Source: Lingula anatina (taxonomy: Eukaryota; Animalia; Brachiopoda). From it: DNA of 64,000 bases. Every line of letters starts with the position of its first letter. The stretch's first letter is position 1. The position numbers were made by a program, and so were the translations under genes. The notes beneath the pieces are model-generated. The model ran no database searches and was not told the origin of the DNA. It was given only the letters and a program-made list of their open reading frames with translations. Below, in pieces: positions 13,101 through 25,760 of the stretch. The DNA is taken from the NCBI GenBank assembly GCA_051362555.1, contig CM120640.1, positions 43,192,788 through 43,256,787 of the forward strand, in the 5' to 3' direction.

Positions 13101-16100
13101 TGGAAAAAGCACTAGCAGTTAAGATGCAGGTTAAATGTTATGAATGTTGTCAAAGCTGTCAGTCAGTCTTCGAGTGCTCACAGCGGTCGTCCTGCCAAAA
13201 ATGCCCTTTTCTTTTTGACTTACTTTTTTCCTTAGACGCTCCATCAGCTGATGAACCTTGTTAGTTCAAGTACAGCTGTTACTTGGGAGATTTTTTTTGT
13301 CAAGATATTCCACAAGCAACAAGGATTGTTTTTAGATATAAGTTATTTCATCCGAAGCAAAAGCTGCTATTTCGTCAATAATGCAAAGTTAAGAGGGCTA
13401 ATTTGTGGTAGACTTCATTCATACTAATGTAATACGGTCCGTAACACTACAAAGATAGACACAATAAACCCAGTAACTGGTAATTTTGATACCAAAAGAC
13501 AAATTGCAGACATTTCCTCTCATGACAATAAATGTTCTCTGATTACCTAAATTACTGGTTAACCACACTATTTAATGATAAGATTTATCTATGTTTCTTG
13601 TGATCATATTTGATTAGAGTGCAGACGACCAGCCATGACGGCTTGTCCGCCTTGGAAGCATGCACGGCGTTGGAATGGCAAATATGACAGGGCATTCACT
13701 GGCGCCGATTCCAGTATTTCCAAATATCTACGTTGTTGAAAACAAACGCAGTGTTTGTTGTTCCAACAACAACAAAAAAAGTCGTCGCTCTTATGTCTAC
13801 TCGGTGACCCGAAAATTAAGCTAAAGATGATCACCCTAACAATGACCTGTTTTTATTTTAGCATCCTAAGAATGAAGCTTCGTGTTTTACAGATGCCAGG
13901 GGTGGCATGGTAAACAGGGGGAAGGGGGTCGCACATTTTAATTTCACATAATTTATTTCCTCAAGCCATATGACTCATCTGTTACTTGATTATCGAATGT
14001 CATCTGGGGGAAGACGATGCTCCTCTATTAATAACCCTGTATGTCATTTCCCTGCATATCAAACAGGTGTTCCGCCTGGTCTTTCTACCTGTGTGCAGGT
14101 GGAAGGCATGTGGTCAGCAGAGACTGGAGAGGCAGTTGGACCTTCACATGCCGTTTCTATTTTTCATTTCCTCTGCTGTGCTTTGAAATCAATTACACCG
14201 CTCAGAGATACATTCCGAGGTCCTATAGCGAAATATGGATCTCATTTCGACTGGTAAATGTTCTAAAAATATCCTGTCTGGCCAATTTGATTTGACCATT
14301 ACGGACAGTGCGGATAAAAGGGCCCTTTGGACCAAAGACAAAAACAAAGTTGTATAACTTGTTTTTGATACGCGTTCCACTTTTCAACTTGAGGGTTAAT
14401 AAATGTCAACTTAAAGCGTTTTGTTTCTTATTTGGTCTAGGGATGTAATTTATGGTGCGGTCAATACGGGTCACTTAAATATATCTCTGTCTAGGTGCCC
14501 ATAAATGAAGGCACTGGACTGCGGTGTGCCACCAGTTATATTTCTTATATACACATCTTTTTATTAAAAAAAGCATCATTAGTTATCACGACTGTTACTT
14601 TACGATACAGATAAAATGCATTCTGATATCAAAACTTGATTCATTGTTTACTGCTATAATCCACCTAAGGATAGTTCATGATTAAGCAATTCGTCAAGTT
14701 ATCTTTCTTTGATGGACAAATATTAAAGCCGCCCTAATCTGTATAGTTATATAATTTTTGAACAAATTATTACACCTCTCAAGGATATAAACAAATAACC
14801 GTGTAAGCATATAACTAAACTAGCTTGTTAATAAGTTAACGAATACATCAGGGACCCAGGGGGAGCGGTAATATGAGCGTCATCTATTTAATCTTACACC
14901 TTGATTACATTGTCACCAACACTTGAAACGTGCCGGGGGCTTTGTGTTCTAGCATTAGCCATGATTTCATATCTCTTCGGTTGCCCCATCAACGTCGAAA
15001 CCTTAAAATTCATCTAACGTACATGAGAATGTTTGTAAACAAACTGCGTTAGATTATATGCACAGGTGCAGAAGGTTCTTGATCCTTTTCAAATTTTAAT
15101 ACATTTCATTATGCATATAATATACTTTTTACATCTGAAGGAGCGGTAAAAACGAGCAAACACTAAAACCCAGGACAATGTCTAGTTTTCCTACGCAATT
15201 CACATTTATGAAGGAACTCCCAAAGAGCCCAATACACAGATTCGCTGACACAATAAAAACAAGTTCAATCTAAATATCAAATGTCGAACTTTAAGCCTTT
15301 ACCCGTTTTTACTCTAGGCATTCAATCTATGAATCACGAGCTGCGTGCAAGAAGTAGACCGAAACAAAAAGAGGTCGAACACTTTTCCTGTTCACACCTT
15401 CTCTGGCCGCAATAATAAGAAGATGCTAATTAAGGAACAGACGATAAGGGGGTAATTGATGCCTTAATTGATGCTTCTGAATCGCTTAGAAGTAATGGAT
15501 ATCCAGCGAAACCGCGTGACTCATACAGGTGAAAGGAGGTCCTTTTCACACCTAATCCTGTGTTTTGTTTCCCCTCGTGTTTTCTCAGTGTTTGGATCTT
15601 TGGTCTTTGGTAGATTGTAGTCTGGTCAAGTGGCTATTTCAGTGACCACCGGCCCACAAAAGCAACAATGAGGACCTACACAATGATTACGTTAAATACT
15701 GTGCAATTATCCATCTAATAGGTACACGTAACCTTGCGTCACTTGCAAGTACAAAAGGTTAAGTGGCCGTTTGTTGAAGTTGTGAAATGAAATGCATAAC
15801 ATAGGAGGAACCCCCTGCATATGCCGTGCACTGCGTGTTGAAACTTGCATGGTTTAATGTAAAAAACAACACACTGTTGCGAGCAATGATACAGTAACAG
15901 GGAGTATAAACAACTACACCAAACTGTATAAAAAACATTGGTTAACTTAAGTTAAATATTTGAGCTGTGCGACTGAAATGTCCCCGTCATTACTGTCAGT
16001 CACTACAAAGAAGAAAACTTTGTTGTTCACTACAGCGTAGTGTGAGGGATCTATTTATTGCTCACCTGACTTTCCCGCTCTCGGACTTCCCAACACTGCC

Positions 16101-16162
16101 ACCCTTACTGTGGTCTGTCCTCCTGTCATTTCTGTAGTCATCGGTAGTTTTTCACTTTTCAT
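7128..16162 (-). CDS. RERG/RASL11/RASL12-family Ras-like small GTPase, 4 exons, 222 aa
   Basis: Exons 16162-16066 (MKSEKLPMTTEMTGGQTTVRVAVLGSPRAGKS), 11623-11567 (AVTVRFLTKRFIGEYNSSE), 8896-8820 (DMVYRHNTKIDENQVDIEVMDCSCPE) and 7565-7128. All introns are GT-AG with consistent phases (1,1,0). Motifs: G1 GSPRAGKS, family signature RFLTKRFIGEY, WADAFVVVYSI, G4 NKTD, G5 EVSAA. No CAAX box. Confidence 0.92.
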
Positions 16163-18391
16163 TTCTGTAGTATAAACAACAGTCCTGTATGGACGCTGCT
16201 TCAGTGTTTATGTTTAGGCGCTACTATTGCCTCTGTCCTTCGACAACGCACTTCACAACAGAAGGTTTGGACCCGCAAGTTTAATCCTCCTTAATAAGTG
16301 AAAGTGTAGCAACACTGTTACTTAACTCGACTGAGCCTCCTTACAGCACGATTTCAAATATTGTTCTGAATCCACTTCCCTGCTCAGCAATCTTTTAATC
16401 TGTCAGACTTCTACGGATCGCAGCAGGAGAGCGCGCATACATTATCAACGCTGTTTGCTCACCGTATGATAAAATACCCACTCGGTGAAAGACGGCTCCG
16501 TAGGTCACGAGGTATAGCAGTCGACCAATCATGTTGCTGCCTTAATGTCTACAGGTGAGGGGAGTCAAAACCACTCTGATTTAGAGATGAATATATGATA
16601 TTTGTATTCCACAAGAATACAACTCATTTCTTTTATTCAGAATGTACGTTTTCTTTCAAATTCAAGGTGGGAAAAGACGCTTATTACTCTACATTATATA
16701 TGATTTTTGAATATGACTGTTAAATTCGTTTAATAAAAATATTATGCCACCCGAGTTGTTATTATATTGATAGCAATAAAGGTTGAAAAGCTTCGCCAGG
16801 GCCTGTGTTCTGTTGTTTTTTTAGTCCTGTGGTGAAGTCAAATGCTAAGTATCGAGTGGGAAATTCCTTTCACCTAAGCTCAATCGGTGTAGAAAATCAA
16901 AACATTCAAGTTCTCTTGAGTTCACTATATAGAAAAGACCAGTGAATAGAAATGTTGCTCCACGAAATTCTCTTAGATATTAAAACATTAGGAATGAAGT
17001 TAAAGTAATTGTCATGAGTACCTGCCATGTTACTTTTTTGTGTTTTTTTTCTTGTTGGCTCGTCCTGTCCTCCTGTCTCTAGCAGTGTACCAGTACAGTA
17101 AATTTGTAAACAGACGAGTAGGGGGTGGAGGTGGGGGGTGGGGGGCAGCGATTACCGGGTAAACGGTACTAAAAGCGTCTCTAAGTTTGACGTGAATTTG
17201 TTTCTGGGAGCAAATTGTTTTTTTTTCTCAAATGTCAAACAAACAGAACATACGTAAACAGTACATATCCGACATGCCCCTTAAATAAAAGAGTAAAGGC
17301 GGCAAACTGTGCAACTGATAAAAAAACCGACATTTTCATTTCTCACAAGCTCATATGAGGTGTAAATATCAAATATAGCAAACAAACAAATTTGTCCCCG
17401 TTCAGTAATTTCATGTAGTGAACTTTTCTGCGGTGAAATTTGCTTCTCCTCGAATGGCAAATATCACTACAAACTATCTTGTCCGTCGTGCCCCGGTAAG
17501 TGATTGAGAGGCGGACGGCAAGTACAAACCAGATCATTCATAAACAACAAGAAACAAGGTGGGGAGGCTTCAGCTTTGATCAATGAAGAAACAGATAAAC
17601 AACAAAAAATGTTTTTGGGGGAATAGGTTATCCCCTTTATTTACTGACTTGTTATTTTCTCAGAAGTCGCTTCAATCGTGGGGTAGTACGTTTGGTACTA
17701 ACGTTCCACACCTGCGCCCTATACATCAACTGAATTGCTAGTTTCTCGGAATAACGGGCGTTATACGATCATTACTGCGGCAAATGATAACAATTTCCAT
17801 TGACAGTTTTAACGAATAAGTTAACCCTAAGTTTGCGTACGTTCCTCTGTAATTGTCTTCGAAAAAGTTCTATCGGTCTATGACCCCAGCAATATTGCTC
17901 TTTTAATCACAATTCTCAGCAATCACCACTTGACTTTTACGTGCACAAAATTTTATTGTTGATATTACTGCGACCTTTCATAAGAATCGCCTATTCCCTG
18001 TGATGCATTTTGCCAATATTGCATATATATAAATCGTAAATTCGTTGGTTGAGGATCAAGTGCAACGCGTTAAGGTTAGCTACGGAGCAAGAGGGTTGGA
18101 AGTCAAGCAGAATTACCTGTTTGAGTGTCTTTTATTTTACCATTCCTAGAAATAGCCCACTTCTGTTTAAAAATAAACGTGGCTGGCAAAGAGAAAAGTG
18201 TTTCGCATTGACCATGAAAGACTAACCGCTGCCGATTTTAGGCGAAATTAACAAAGTAATTGAGAAAACGAACCAGCTATATTCTGTTCAACTGGTACGA
18301 AAGGAAGCAATACAAAGTACCATGTTGCCAGATTAGCGCAAAACTAGTAAGATCACGACCTGCCTTAAAGGCAGAATGTATACGTACAAAT

Positions 18392-18394
<3 letters not shown>

Positions 18395-18427
<33 letters not shown>
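18395..18427. repeat. (AG)n microsatellite
   Basis: Pure dinucleotide run. Confidence 0.95.
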
Positions 18428-18429
<2 letters not shown>

Positions 18430-21400
18430 TATCCCAATCCTGATTTTTATCACACCTAAAGCTGCAAGGAAATTTTGGTTTAATTCAGAAAGAAAAAAGA
18501 TTGAGAAGAAGAAACAAAAGAAATCAAAGAAAAGAAAAGAGACGGATATAGAACCGTGACAGAAAATGAAACAAAAAAGATGATCACTTGTAAAACTAAA
18601 AAAGAACAAAAAGAAGCAATGACCTTAGTTTTCTACCAGCGAGATATTCGAACCATACATTCTATTCATTCCTTTGTTTTCAGATCAAACTATGTAAGGT
18701 ATTAATTAATGATTCACCTTGCCCTCAGAAATGTGAACTGATAATATAAAGCGTTTGCGAGGCACGTTCCTACCCCTCTACAAGTCCATTCCCTTTAACA
18801 CATGTATGTAACAAACATCCTGGACTGACGTTGTTATGATCTGAGTTCATAACACCTGGAAGGTGCACTGTCCGGTAGTGGTCAGTTGTTGAACGTGTAC
18901 TTCTGTAAGGTGTTAATTTATTGGCCCTACAAACATGAATAGCTAATTAGGATCTCACTCCAGGCACACTTCAACCATATGTGATATGTCCGGCACATTC
19001 CACTGCGCCCTTGTTTGCAGAAAACATCGGAAGTAAAGCAGCTAAAACTACCTGCTTTGTTCCATGTTGATTTCAATTATTATTTTTTGCATTCAAAAAA
19101 GTTGATTAGCGATACAATTTGTAAATAGATGTTTAATTTTCTTTTGCCATTAGCGAGTGCGCCTTCCAGTTGGTCTATCTGCTGGCCAACAAATATGTAA
19201 ACGTTTCAAATTGAAACTATGCTTGTTTTAAAATTGCATTTTTTAGATACAGTAGTTGATAAATTGTTTTCATAGACGTTAGCTCTCAGTTCGTTTGAGG
19301 TTTGACATAGGATTCATGCGACATACACATGGCATCTTACACAACAAATCTGACCGAACCACTTTCCGGAAACTTCCTTGCTTAACATTTTTGTTGAATT
19401 GACAACGGTTTTAATGGTTAATTATACAAACTCAAAATAGGTTTAACTCCTAGAACCGTCAGACAAGTAGTAACGAATTACCTTAACAAGCAGCATGCAC
19501 TTGTAACATATGCCCACGGCAACCAAATGTAGTCGAATTCCATTGCAATCTTCTATGAAACAAACATTATGAACTTCCCTGTCATGTTTTGGATCTTACT
19601 GACCACATTAGGTAGTAGTACTGGTCACATTGTATGGACCAGGTGTACTAGCCAGATGCTCCATAATATTGTTAGAAAAAGTATTTTATTTCTTATTCAC
19701 TTTGCTAGCACCAGGGGAAAATATGTTTTCGCCTGTGCCATCAAATGAGAAACATATCTCAATTTTGAATAACACAACAAGAACTTTTCCTGCATCTGAA
19801 GACCATTACGCTTTTTGTATTTGTTTTTGGACGGGGTTTGAAACGACTATAATGATCTAACATTCATAATTTTTTTGTCGAGAAGAAAATGTACTCGTTT
19901 AATATGTGGGTCCTTAACCTCTTGTTCCAGTACTTATCTCGAAATTGTAATAGAAATCAATAGCATCACCTAAACATTTCACAGTGTCATTGAAAACTGT
20001 TGAGATGCATTTAAAAAATCACTAAGTTCGCTTAGTAACTGATTTCCAATTTATTCCCCCTTTTTTATGACATAAAGCCATTCACAAATCTAAACTACTA
20101 GCATTTTAGCTAAATAAAAAAAGCACTTAAATGAACTTTTTGTGGCAGGTGCAGCTGCATCATCTAGTCCAAATAATGTCAGACCATTATCCGTAAGTTA
20201 CCTTTAGTATAACACTGATGAAAGACACGTCGAAAATAGTTTGTATACACAACCGTGTGCCGTACGTTTCCTTAAACCTTTCTGAAGTGGTCTTCTGGAC
20301 TGGAAAAACCCTCAAGTCGGGTAATCTGAAGACAGAATTCAGCCCAGGGCAGGTTCAATGTAGGACGTTTAATTCTTTGTGTCATATTTTCCACGTTCGG
20401 AAACTGAACCGGTTGTACGTATCACTGTTCATATGCTATCCTCCGAGTAACATCACCTTAGAGGGAAGGTGCAAGGTGTCATTTACTATAAACAAACCTT
20501 AAAAACATGTTGATACAAGTGTAATAACACACAATGAAACCGAAATTGTCTTTAATCAAGAAATACTCGTTTAATGGAAAAGTACATGTTAACATTTCAG
20601 TATTAACTTTCAAAACCCACTGAAGTATCGACTGAAGTTTTGTGCAACTATAACATGTAGGCCTACATGTACTAACATGTACGCGCTCGATACTTTACGT
20701 TTACATAGTGTCAAACATATCACCTGTCGCAGTAAAGTAAAAAACAGAATACCAATGCTGGACGGAGAGCCTGGGGTTTGGGTCATGGTAGTAAAGGAGG
20801 TGGGCGTAGATATAGGGTATTCAAGGCTTTGACCAGATTGTGGTTTCGTTATCTTTATTCTCTTGCTGAGTCTAAAGGTTTTTTCGCTGGATTTGAATCT
20901 CAGCTTGGGTCTGAGTATTTGGGTTCACAAGACAGCAAAAATTACATTCAGTGAAAAACTTTAAGTTTTTTTCGCTGCCCACTTCAAAGGCACACCTATC
21001 AACGTACTAACACGAAGGAGCAACGAGTGTAAGCAGGTTCTCAATCTACTTTCGATATTGAAAAAAAAGGAGTAAGTGTCTAAAATGCGTTGGCAACTCC
21101 AGGTTAACCGCAGGCAGTTCTGTGATGTCTTGATTGGAGCCTCTATGGTTAAATAAATATAACTGACTGTATCTTAGCGGTATCTTGTTAGGCAACATGT
21201 CAGTTAATTAATTTACACGATGCCAGATCATTTGATACGCAAAATATGTAGAGACGGTACCCTAGAGCGGTTTTGTATCAATTTGTAGAAAACAATAATT
21301 TTGTGCTTTCGACGGTCGATTTGAAGCAGTCTCTCGGTCTAAGGCTCCTAAGAAAGCTTGATGTTAATTTCTTAAAAATGATTTAAAATCAAGCCATTAA

Positions 21401-22036
21401 GGTGAACTTGTCTTTATGAAGTTTGATGAACTACAGTCTATAGTTTATAACCTATAACCTAACAATCATGAAGCATCGCAATTTTTGAAATCAACAGAAA
21501 CGCGAATTTTTACCCGGAAGGTTAAATTGAGCTCTGCGTCTAATTAATGACTTGACTGGTGCTGTATTGCCGTTAAGTGCATGTTTACTATCGGCTACCG
21601 GTACCACGCCTTACCTAAGACATAGATGGTAAATATTTACTCTTACCTGAAAGGAAACTTTTAAGTTTCCCATTCCTTATTTATAAAGAACCCTCCTAGG
21701 TAGGAATTCACTTTACTTATTCTTAGCATCATTTATAAACTTGTCAACACTGGATAAGTTTAAAACTAAATTGGCGAGTTTGACTTTTTGTTTATGTCAA
21801 GCGGTTCATCAAAATGAGAATCTAATAAACACCTAACTGGCAAAATCAATTTTAAATACAGATGAAAATAAGCTGAATAATTGTAATCTCCCTCTATTCA
21901 AAATCTGTCATCCAGCAATTTAAAGGCATCTATTGATATGTTTCATACACATCGTAATGATCATTACATCGTGAATTAAATTGTGCACAATAACTGAAAA
22001 TCACTGAATGTCTTTCGAAGATTGGCAAAATTGACC

Positions 22037-22200
22037 GACCGGATGGCCTTGTGGTCAGAGTGTCCGCCTCCAGAGCAGGAAGACGTGGATTCGACCCCGT
22101 CCGGGGACATACCAGTCCTTTAGACACAGTATCTACGGTATCCCACTTAGCACTCAGCACTTAAGGATTGTAGCAGGGGTAAAGTTTCTGGTCTGGTAGA
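22037..22200 (+). mobile_element. tRNA-derived SINE (probably truncated or diverged)
   Basis: A-box-like TGGCCTTGTGG (22044) and B-box-like GGATTCGACCCC (22087), followed by a non-tRNA body (CATACCAG...CCCACTTAGCACTCAGCACTTAAGGA) that resembles the central region of invertebrate tRNA-SINEs. Confidence 0.7.
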
Positions 22201-23196
22201 GAAAGAAATTTTAGTTTGCTAACTTTCAGCGCTTCATACGGCATATTGGGTTGTATCCTGCCCACGGAGGTGAAAACGTCAACACACAGACTGTACCAGA
22301 GCCAAAACATGACCTGCAGGCGTCTGTAAACCGCGCTGAGAAGCACCTGTAGTGCGGTAAAAAGCAGTGAACTTTACATTAACCAGAGAGTGGTGCATGT
22401 AGCAATCGATAGGAAGCACACCTACTGCATCCCCATGTTTAACGCCCAGCGCCTTGCACCTTTCGTTTGCTGTTTCTAATTGCTTTAATTCACGACTACC
22501 GCACTGATATTTGTAGAAAATATTTATAAAATGCCAATAATAGATTTCTGTATTTCAAGTTAGCACCACATTATTATGCACAGAACTACTATCTACAAAA
22601 CGCAAATACAATTAATAGATCGCGAAATTGTAGCATTGATATAAGATTTAAAAAAAAAACGACAATAATAATAAAAAATCACATTATAATAACAGTCGAA
22701 AGAAAAAGGATTAGAAACTCCTCATCAGCAATGCAAAATTTTAACGGCCCTAAGAATTCCTTTACTTTGCCCCAAATTAAATTTCCTTCAAATAACCTGT
22801 GTGTGTACAACTACCCTCTACCAGGACTGCAGCTTAACTATGTTCAATTTTTATCTAACATTAGAGAAAAGTATCACGAATTAACCAGAGACATGTCCGT
22901 GTATATCTATAGTAAAAAAACAATCTATAACCCTGGTTAAGGCTAGTCTACAAGTCACAGTTTGAAGTCCAGCTTCTACAAATTGCACGGTCAAAATATA
23001 CGTGAATCATTTAGAGGTCAAATCAGCATGCCTCAAAATATCTTGTTAGATTAAAGAGGCAGAATTGCAATAAAGTTAATTACATTATAACCCTTGTCTC
23101 AACAATGTAATCTTTGGGTTTTTACCTCACCCATGACGTGTAATTATTGCACAGATACTACAAAACAATTAACGATCAGTGCATGCATACATTCAA

Positions 23197-23439
23197 CTAC
23201 AACTTTGCTGTCACAATGTCTTCAGTCATATCTTCCAGGCGCACGTCATTAGCTGCTTTTTCTTCGGTCGAGGTTTTGGGGGAGATTGGGTGCACCTTGT
23301 GAAACTTTCTCAACAGTTTTTGGTATTTAAAAGTCATATATAGCAGAAGACCGCAAAACAAAGCGGCTATGAGCCCCATAATGATGGCGACCACTCTGAT
23401 ACCGTAGCACAACGAGTCTATTGTACAGTCACCCTCCAT
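23197..23439 (-). CDS. Putative small single-pass membrane protein, 80 aa
   Basis: ATG start in good context (GAAATGG). One hydrophobic stretch of about 22 aa (VVAIIMGLIAALFCGLLLYMTF) is followed immediately by basic residues (KYQKLLRKFHK), consistent with the positive-inside rule. No family recognised. Confidence 0.55.
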   Translation of the reverse strand: MEGDCTIDSLCYGIRVVAIIMGLIAALFCGLLLYMTFKYQKLLRKFHKVHPISPKTSTEEKAANDVRLEDMTEDIVTAKL

Positions 23440-25760
23440 TTCGCCAGCAAGATAATTCTAATAGATACCAGGAGACAGATAGGCCTTCGAGAATTTTGGA
23501 AATCAATTTTCAAAATCCACTTGTTTCTTGGTGTTGTAAACCGCAAGGAAATTGTTTAAAAAGTCTGTGATTTTATCCATTCGATCTTGACGCCATACTA
23601 TCACATTTCATTAATACCTGCAATAGATTGTATCGAGACGCAATGTTGATTTTTACTTGCAGACCTGGCAAGTCCTATCCGGAGTCATAGTAACATTATA
23701 AATCAGTCTTTCGGAAATGACCTTTTTGCTCCGTCCTGTGCAGCTGGCACCCCGGGATGTTACAAAAACTGGTCCTTTCTACCGAAGTCCCAAAGCTAGA
23801 CATGCACATCAATGTTTTGAAAGTTCACCAAACCCTCCTTTTGACAATCGTGACATAAACTTCATAACAGGAGACAGCTCTTTGTTACCTTGTCATAGGC
23901 AATGCTGAGTCCGACCATCTGCTAGCGGCGTAACAAACAGGTGTTTATTCAATGTCATGTGCTTTTCTATAAAATGTGCGCTCAAGAACAAATGTGCATT
24001 TGAAAAAGGCAATCGGGTCATCCTATGTCTGCGTATTACATAGACCCCTTTCGCCGCGATAAGAACGGTCTGCTATCACGGCGGCTAGATAGTTGCTACA
24101 TACTGACAGAAAAACACAGATGTGAAGGAGCACTCCATCGTCTGCACGAGATGTTTCATATTTGAACAAACCACGCATTTCACGATAAAGGCAATAACAT
24201 TCAAATTTTCAGACAGAAAAAACTGCATTGGCTATATAAATACCAATACCATTGTAGCAATATAAATTTAAATAAAAGGACAAGACCTAAAAAAAACAAA
24301 CTTTGCTCTAGTTTTTCGCAGATTATACCGTCACTTCAGTTTTTAAAGCTGATCAAATAAAATATTTATCAACAAGGATAATATCAAGAATAATGAAAAT
24401 ATGTAAACCTTTATTTTAACATTCTAAATATAATGAGCTATATGAGGTAAGTCATGTTAATTGCATTCTGTTAGTGTAAAGTCTAGTCAATTTTAACTGC
24501 TCATCACAACAACTTGGTTGTGCTCAATATTGAGCCTACTTCCGGCCAACTGTAGAGTAGTAGTGTCTGAACCATCTGACAACTATACTCCCATATAATA
24601 TATCAAGTATCACATTCCATGTGCATTGTCCACAGCACTGTCTATATTCTACTACTAATATAAGGCCATTTGGGTCCTATCATTGTCCATTTACCACACA
24701 TAATAGGCTATGAACCATGTTATTACACTTTGATTAAAGTCACAAAATACTGGCAGTAGGTTATTAGCACTCCCAATACATGTTTTCTTGTATTTGCATT
24801 GTGAAATATAACAATACTGCTTATACAAATGTATCCAAATGTCTTGGATAAATATATACCATCAGATTACAAGACTTACACCCACGGAATACCATATTAC
24901 CATTGATACAATACTGTAAATACTCACATGTATAAAATATAGTTATCACTGTAACTTTCACCATGCATAACAGAGGCTGCTTTATAAAGAAAGCATTTAA
25001 GTCACAACCTGGTGTACATATTAAATGCATAGAACATGCACCAATGCTTAAGGCATCTATAATGCACTTGAAACTTTTGATTTAAAAACAAAACAATCTT
25101 ATAACTATTACATGCTAACAACAGCATCATGCTTCCACAGAATCAATTCTTGTACCACATCATCTCAGACAACAGACACACATAATAAGGTGATCTTTGC
25201 TCATAACAATCAAGCTTGACTGACATAATATAATATCATGTAAATAGTTGGAGATTCTTTCCAACTCCCGATAAAAACTTGACATAGCAAGTCAAAACAA
25301 AAAATAAACAGGGATCGACAGTTTATTATAATACCATCATATAGTTACTGTAAGAGATGGAGAGAATACATTTTTTGTAATAAAACTATAGGGTACCATG
25401 CATGGTAACATAGGTGCCCAGCACAGATAGTAATAAAAGGTGTCATGCATGTAATATATGGAGACTTTTTATGTAATAAAACATCTACATGGTATAGTAA
25501 TATCATGAGACAGTACTAGCAAATACTTGGTATGACCACTAAGTAGAACAGTTAAAAATATTAACAAGACCTTGTTTAGGCTAATAACTTCCAGTTTGAG
25601 ATTGCTCCCCTTAATAAATGTCCAACAAGACATAAATTTTCAGTTATAATATTACATAAAAGTAAAAATTCCAACCTGTTACCCTTGCATGTAATTCTAT
25701 CAAGGAATTCTGCAAAGGCACTTTAAAAAAGAAATGTCTGATGATATAAGAATTCCACAA

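Noticed and set aside
13970-14380. Four overlapping ORFs in the first intron of the RERG-like gene
   Set aside because: They are short, lack recognisable motifs, and have no consistent exon chain. Chance is a sufficient explanation.
22037-22110. Possible tRNA gene
   Set aside because: A and B boxes are present, but the cloverleaf pairing is imperfect, there is no immediate poly-T terminator, and it continues into a SINE-like body.
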